DNA of 64,000 nucleotides, taken from the NCBI GenBank assembly GCA_002269645.1, contig NIVC01000272.1, positions 62,001 through 126,000 on the forward strand, given 5' to 3'. The stretch is from Macrostomum lignano. Taxonomy: Eukaryota. The notes beneath the pieces were generated by a model. That model saw only the letters and a list, made by a program, of their open reading frames with translations, searched no databases and was not told the origin of the DNA. Positions 60,825-64,000 of this stretch are shown here, piece by piece. Each line of letters starts with the position of its first letter. The stretch's first letter is position 1. Made by a program: the position numbers and the translations under genes.

Positions 60825-61849
60825 ATGAAGAGTAGTTACATAATGTGATAACTTGATGGTACCGTGTGGTTTTGCACTATGTTCTATCAAGGAGAAAATT
60901 AGCTTATCAGTAGTGAATGCACTTATGCTATCGACCGTTTCTATCTTAAATTTAAATTTCTAATATATTTCGTAGTCTCGAAGTAAAACTTAAAGGCCTG
61001 TGTACTTTATACAAGCGTATTCGTTGATAACAATTAGATTTTTTGTAACCAACAAATCGCCGATTACAATGTTTGGGAGACTTGCAACCTTGAATTGCTG
61101 GAACTTTGCTATATTTCTTCTATTCAATAAATAAATGTTTAGCTTGCATGGATAAAGTTTAATTTCTTTCATCTGTGGCAGGTGCGTATCGCCCCCTACT
61201 GCTGTTGTGAATTCACTCGAAAACCCTGCGATTTCTCTGAATTATTGTTAGCCCGAGGATTTTCGAAACATTATTCGCAGTCCATTTGCTATCATTCCAG
61301 AATCACGCGCGTCTTTACCCTGAATGCGTCACTTTTCCAGCAATTGTCTCTGAGGTTGATTCCCTTGCACCGGGAAACCTGCGCGTCTTGTTGATCGAAA
61401 ATGATTGAACTTACCAATGCGAATTTACTCTTTCTTTGAGAGACTTGCGGACCCTATATCGTAAACTCTGTTAATATGAGTTGACAGAGAGCCCAAATAA
61501 ACTTAATACTTTTAGGGAAAGAGACTTTATTCGCCACTAAGATGCAGACTGCAGGATCCCCTGAACGTGGTCGCCCCGGCTGGATTAACAAAAAAAGATG
61601 TTTTTTGTGACGCAATTGTAAAACGTGAAACTTTAAACCAGAAAATATGGGATTTCAGTTTCCTTAAAAAATTGTTTATCAAAGCACTCATGATTTAGGA
61701 AACGTGAAAATGGATCGAGAAATCGTCGACTTTAATGAGGAAACAGTTTTGTATATAACTCTGTGCCGGACAAAATATGCTTAAAATAATTTTAAGAGCT
61801 TTAGAAATGTTAAGGGTAGTGAGGGTAAGGAAATTTAAGGGTATTATCT

Positions 61850-62065
61850 GTTGATCTGTTGTCTGTTATCTATCTGTTATCTATAAGTGCTGCTGCTCAA
61901 GCTACAGGGACCGCTCAGGCGAGACCAAGGGTGAACGGCGAGATACCCTGACTGGCTTTTGACTGGTGCTGGCGCCTAGGACCAAAATGGGGTGTGAATT
62001 TTTAGAGCCATGACCTAAAGACGCGCTCTCCGACTTCTCTCCCCTTTCTGGCCATTGAGTGGTTT

Positions 62066-62117
<52 letters not shown>

Positions 62118-64000
62118 CATTGATTGCGGAGTGCGGCTCCTTCAGATGGGGACCCAATCGAGGGCACCCAGGAGCCGCGCCACCAAGTGACCATCGGCAA
62201 GGTCGTTTAGGTTATAAACTCCAAACAAGCGGCGTGTCGAAGCCAAGGCATCCAAGCCGCGGCCGCATGCCAAGCGACGGACTCGACGACCGCCTTGTAG
62301 ACAGTGCGGAGGGTGTCACAGTCCCAGCCCCACTCTCTGTTGGCCAGGGCGCGGAAGATGCTGCATCGGCGGTGCAACTTAGAAACAACTTCGGCCGTCT
62401 GGCACTTGAAGGTCAGGCCACCGTCAATCCAGACGCCGAGGTATCGTACCTCACGCTTGGTAGGGAGACGAGTGCCAGAAATCGACAGGTTTAGAGGGCG
62501 ATTTCGCTCGCTCCGATCGCGCGTGTACAGACAGCACTCAGACTTGGAGGGGTTTAGGTCGATTCTCAGGTCGGCAGCCCAGTTTTCAATGCGGTTTAGC
62601 GCAGTCTGAATGCGAAATTCCAGCTCGTTAGTGTTCCGACCGGTAGTCCAAATGCCGAGGTCGTCAGCGAATCCCCCGTAGCAGACCTGGGGGACCAGTT
62701 TGTCCCGCCAGTCGTTGATGTACAGGAGAAACAGAATAGGAGAGCTGACGGCCCCCTAGGGCACCCCCTCGCGGAGGGGCCGCCACTTGCCGACCTCCTC
62801 ACCGACACGCACAGCGATTTGACGCCCTTCCATGAAGCTGGCGAACCAGCGAATAAAGCGACCGGGCAGGCCTTCGTCCATAAGACGAGCGAAAAGCTTT
62901 GCCCGCCAAACCCGGTCGAACGCCCTTGAGCAATCGAGCGTGACGGCCAACGTCTTGAGGTGGGGCCTTCTTTCCCATCCGTCCTGGATTTCTTGCACGA
63001 GGCGAGCTATTTGTTCCTCGCAGCTCCGGCCGCGTTGAAATCCCGCTTGCCAGGGCTGCAGAGTGCCGTTGGTCTTGAGCCTATGCATCAGCCGGTCAGC
63101 ACCATCCGCTCCATGAGCTTGACGCAGATGGACGTAAGGCTGACGGGCCGGAAACTGGAGCAGTCTTTGACTGACTTTTCTGTAGCGCTCCCCAGCCGCA
63201 CCAAATTTTTGAGTACGTGCCCCAGAGGATATTTGGGGTCTTTGGTCTTCAGTCTTCAGTCTTTGGGGTCTTTTTCGTCTTTAAGGAGAGGCACGATGAT
63301 GGCCTTTTTCCAGACTCCAGGACAGTGGCCAAGGCTCCAGCAGCGGTTGAACACCTTGAGCCAGGCCAACTGCCAAGTTGTCGGCAGATTTTTAAGGAAG
63401 GCCGTTTCAATGTCATCTGGGCCACACTTTTTGGTGACATCCAGCTTGCATAAGGCACGCTGAAGTTCCCCAAGGGAGAACTGGCTTTCGTGGTTGGTGT
63501 TGCCCAGGGCCTATTTGCGGTCTCGACCTTAAAGGCGCGGTCACGGGCATCATGTTTGAGAGAGCTACGAGCTAATAGACACATAGAAACGCCCAAAGGC
63601 GTTAGCCTTTTCCAGGTCCGTGCGGTGTTCGCGATTGTTAACAACGATGTTCTCGTTTTTCGCCGTGCTCTTATCCCCAGTCTCCAGTGTCTTGATGGTG
63701 CGCCAAATCTTCTTAGGGTCGGATGAGGAGGAAAGGTCCTGGACGTAGGATTTCCAGAACTCCTGCTTCTTTTCCGCACAGCGCTTATTGAGCTCCGCAT
63801 TTTTGTTGCGCCAGGCATCAGGATCGCCCAGGCTTCTGAGACAATTTTTTTCCTCGCGAATGTGAGAAAGCTCCGCATCCCAGTACGGTTTTTGATTTCC
63901 ACCGACTTTCTTGAGCGGGATGCTGGCGCTGGCGGCCTTGGACATTCTCTTACAGAGACGGTCAATTTGCTCTTTAATAGTACCCTTGTTGAGTCCATCG
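61850..64000 (-). mobile_element. Decayed non-LTR retrotransposon (LINE) reverse transcriptase region, continuing beyond window end
   Basis: Minus-strand motifs FRPVSLTSI.VKLMERMV, QAGFQRGRSC, LDCSRAFDRVW, GVP*GAVSSPILFLLYIND (TAG at 62756-62758), FADD at about 62660, YLGVWID; frameshifts present; (CAA)n run at 62065-62116; exact 3' end and clade not resolved. Confidence 0.9.

Overview
Eukaryotic, intron-rich and minisatellite-rich genomic DNA from an invertebrate animal. The composition is reminiscent of a free-living flatworm such as Macrostomum, but that is inference only. Positions 5006-40157 (+) hold a complete Cav2-type voltage-gated calcium channel alpha-1 gene. I reconstructed it exon by exon with consistent phases (about 2250 aa, EEEE filter, AID, EF/IQ region, C-terminal WC motif). 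It has four pairs of duplicated, apparently mutually exclusive exons (IS3-S4, IIS3-S4, domain II pore loop/S6, IVS1-S2), two minor-spliceosome (U12) intron positions and two GC-AG introns. The pore-loop pair looks locked by U2/U12 incompatibility. Positions ~42.9-60.8 kb (+) hold a tandem cluster of four divergent nicotinic-receptor-like Cys-loop channel genes: one intact, one with two single-base frameshifts, and two probable pseudogenes. They have cation-type, near-identical pore exons but diverged extracellular domains lacking the canonical ACh aromatic box. Also present: many intronic tandem repeats, several MITEs, a deleted Tc1 element, tRNA-derived SINEs and a decayed non-LTR retrotransposon at the right end (-). 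All calls are from manual reading; no searches were run.
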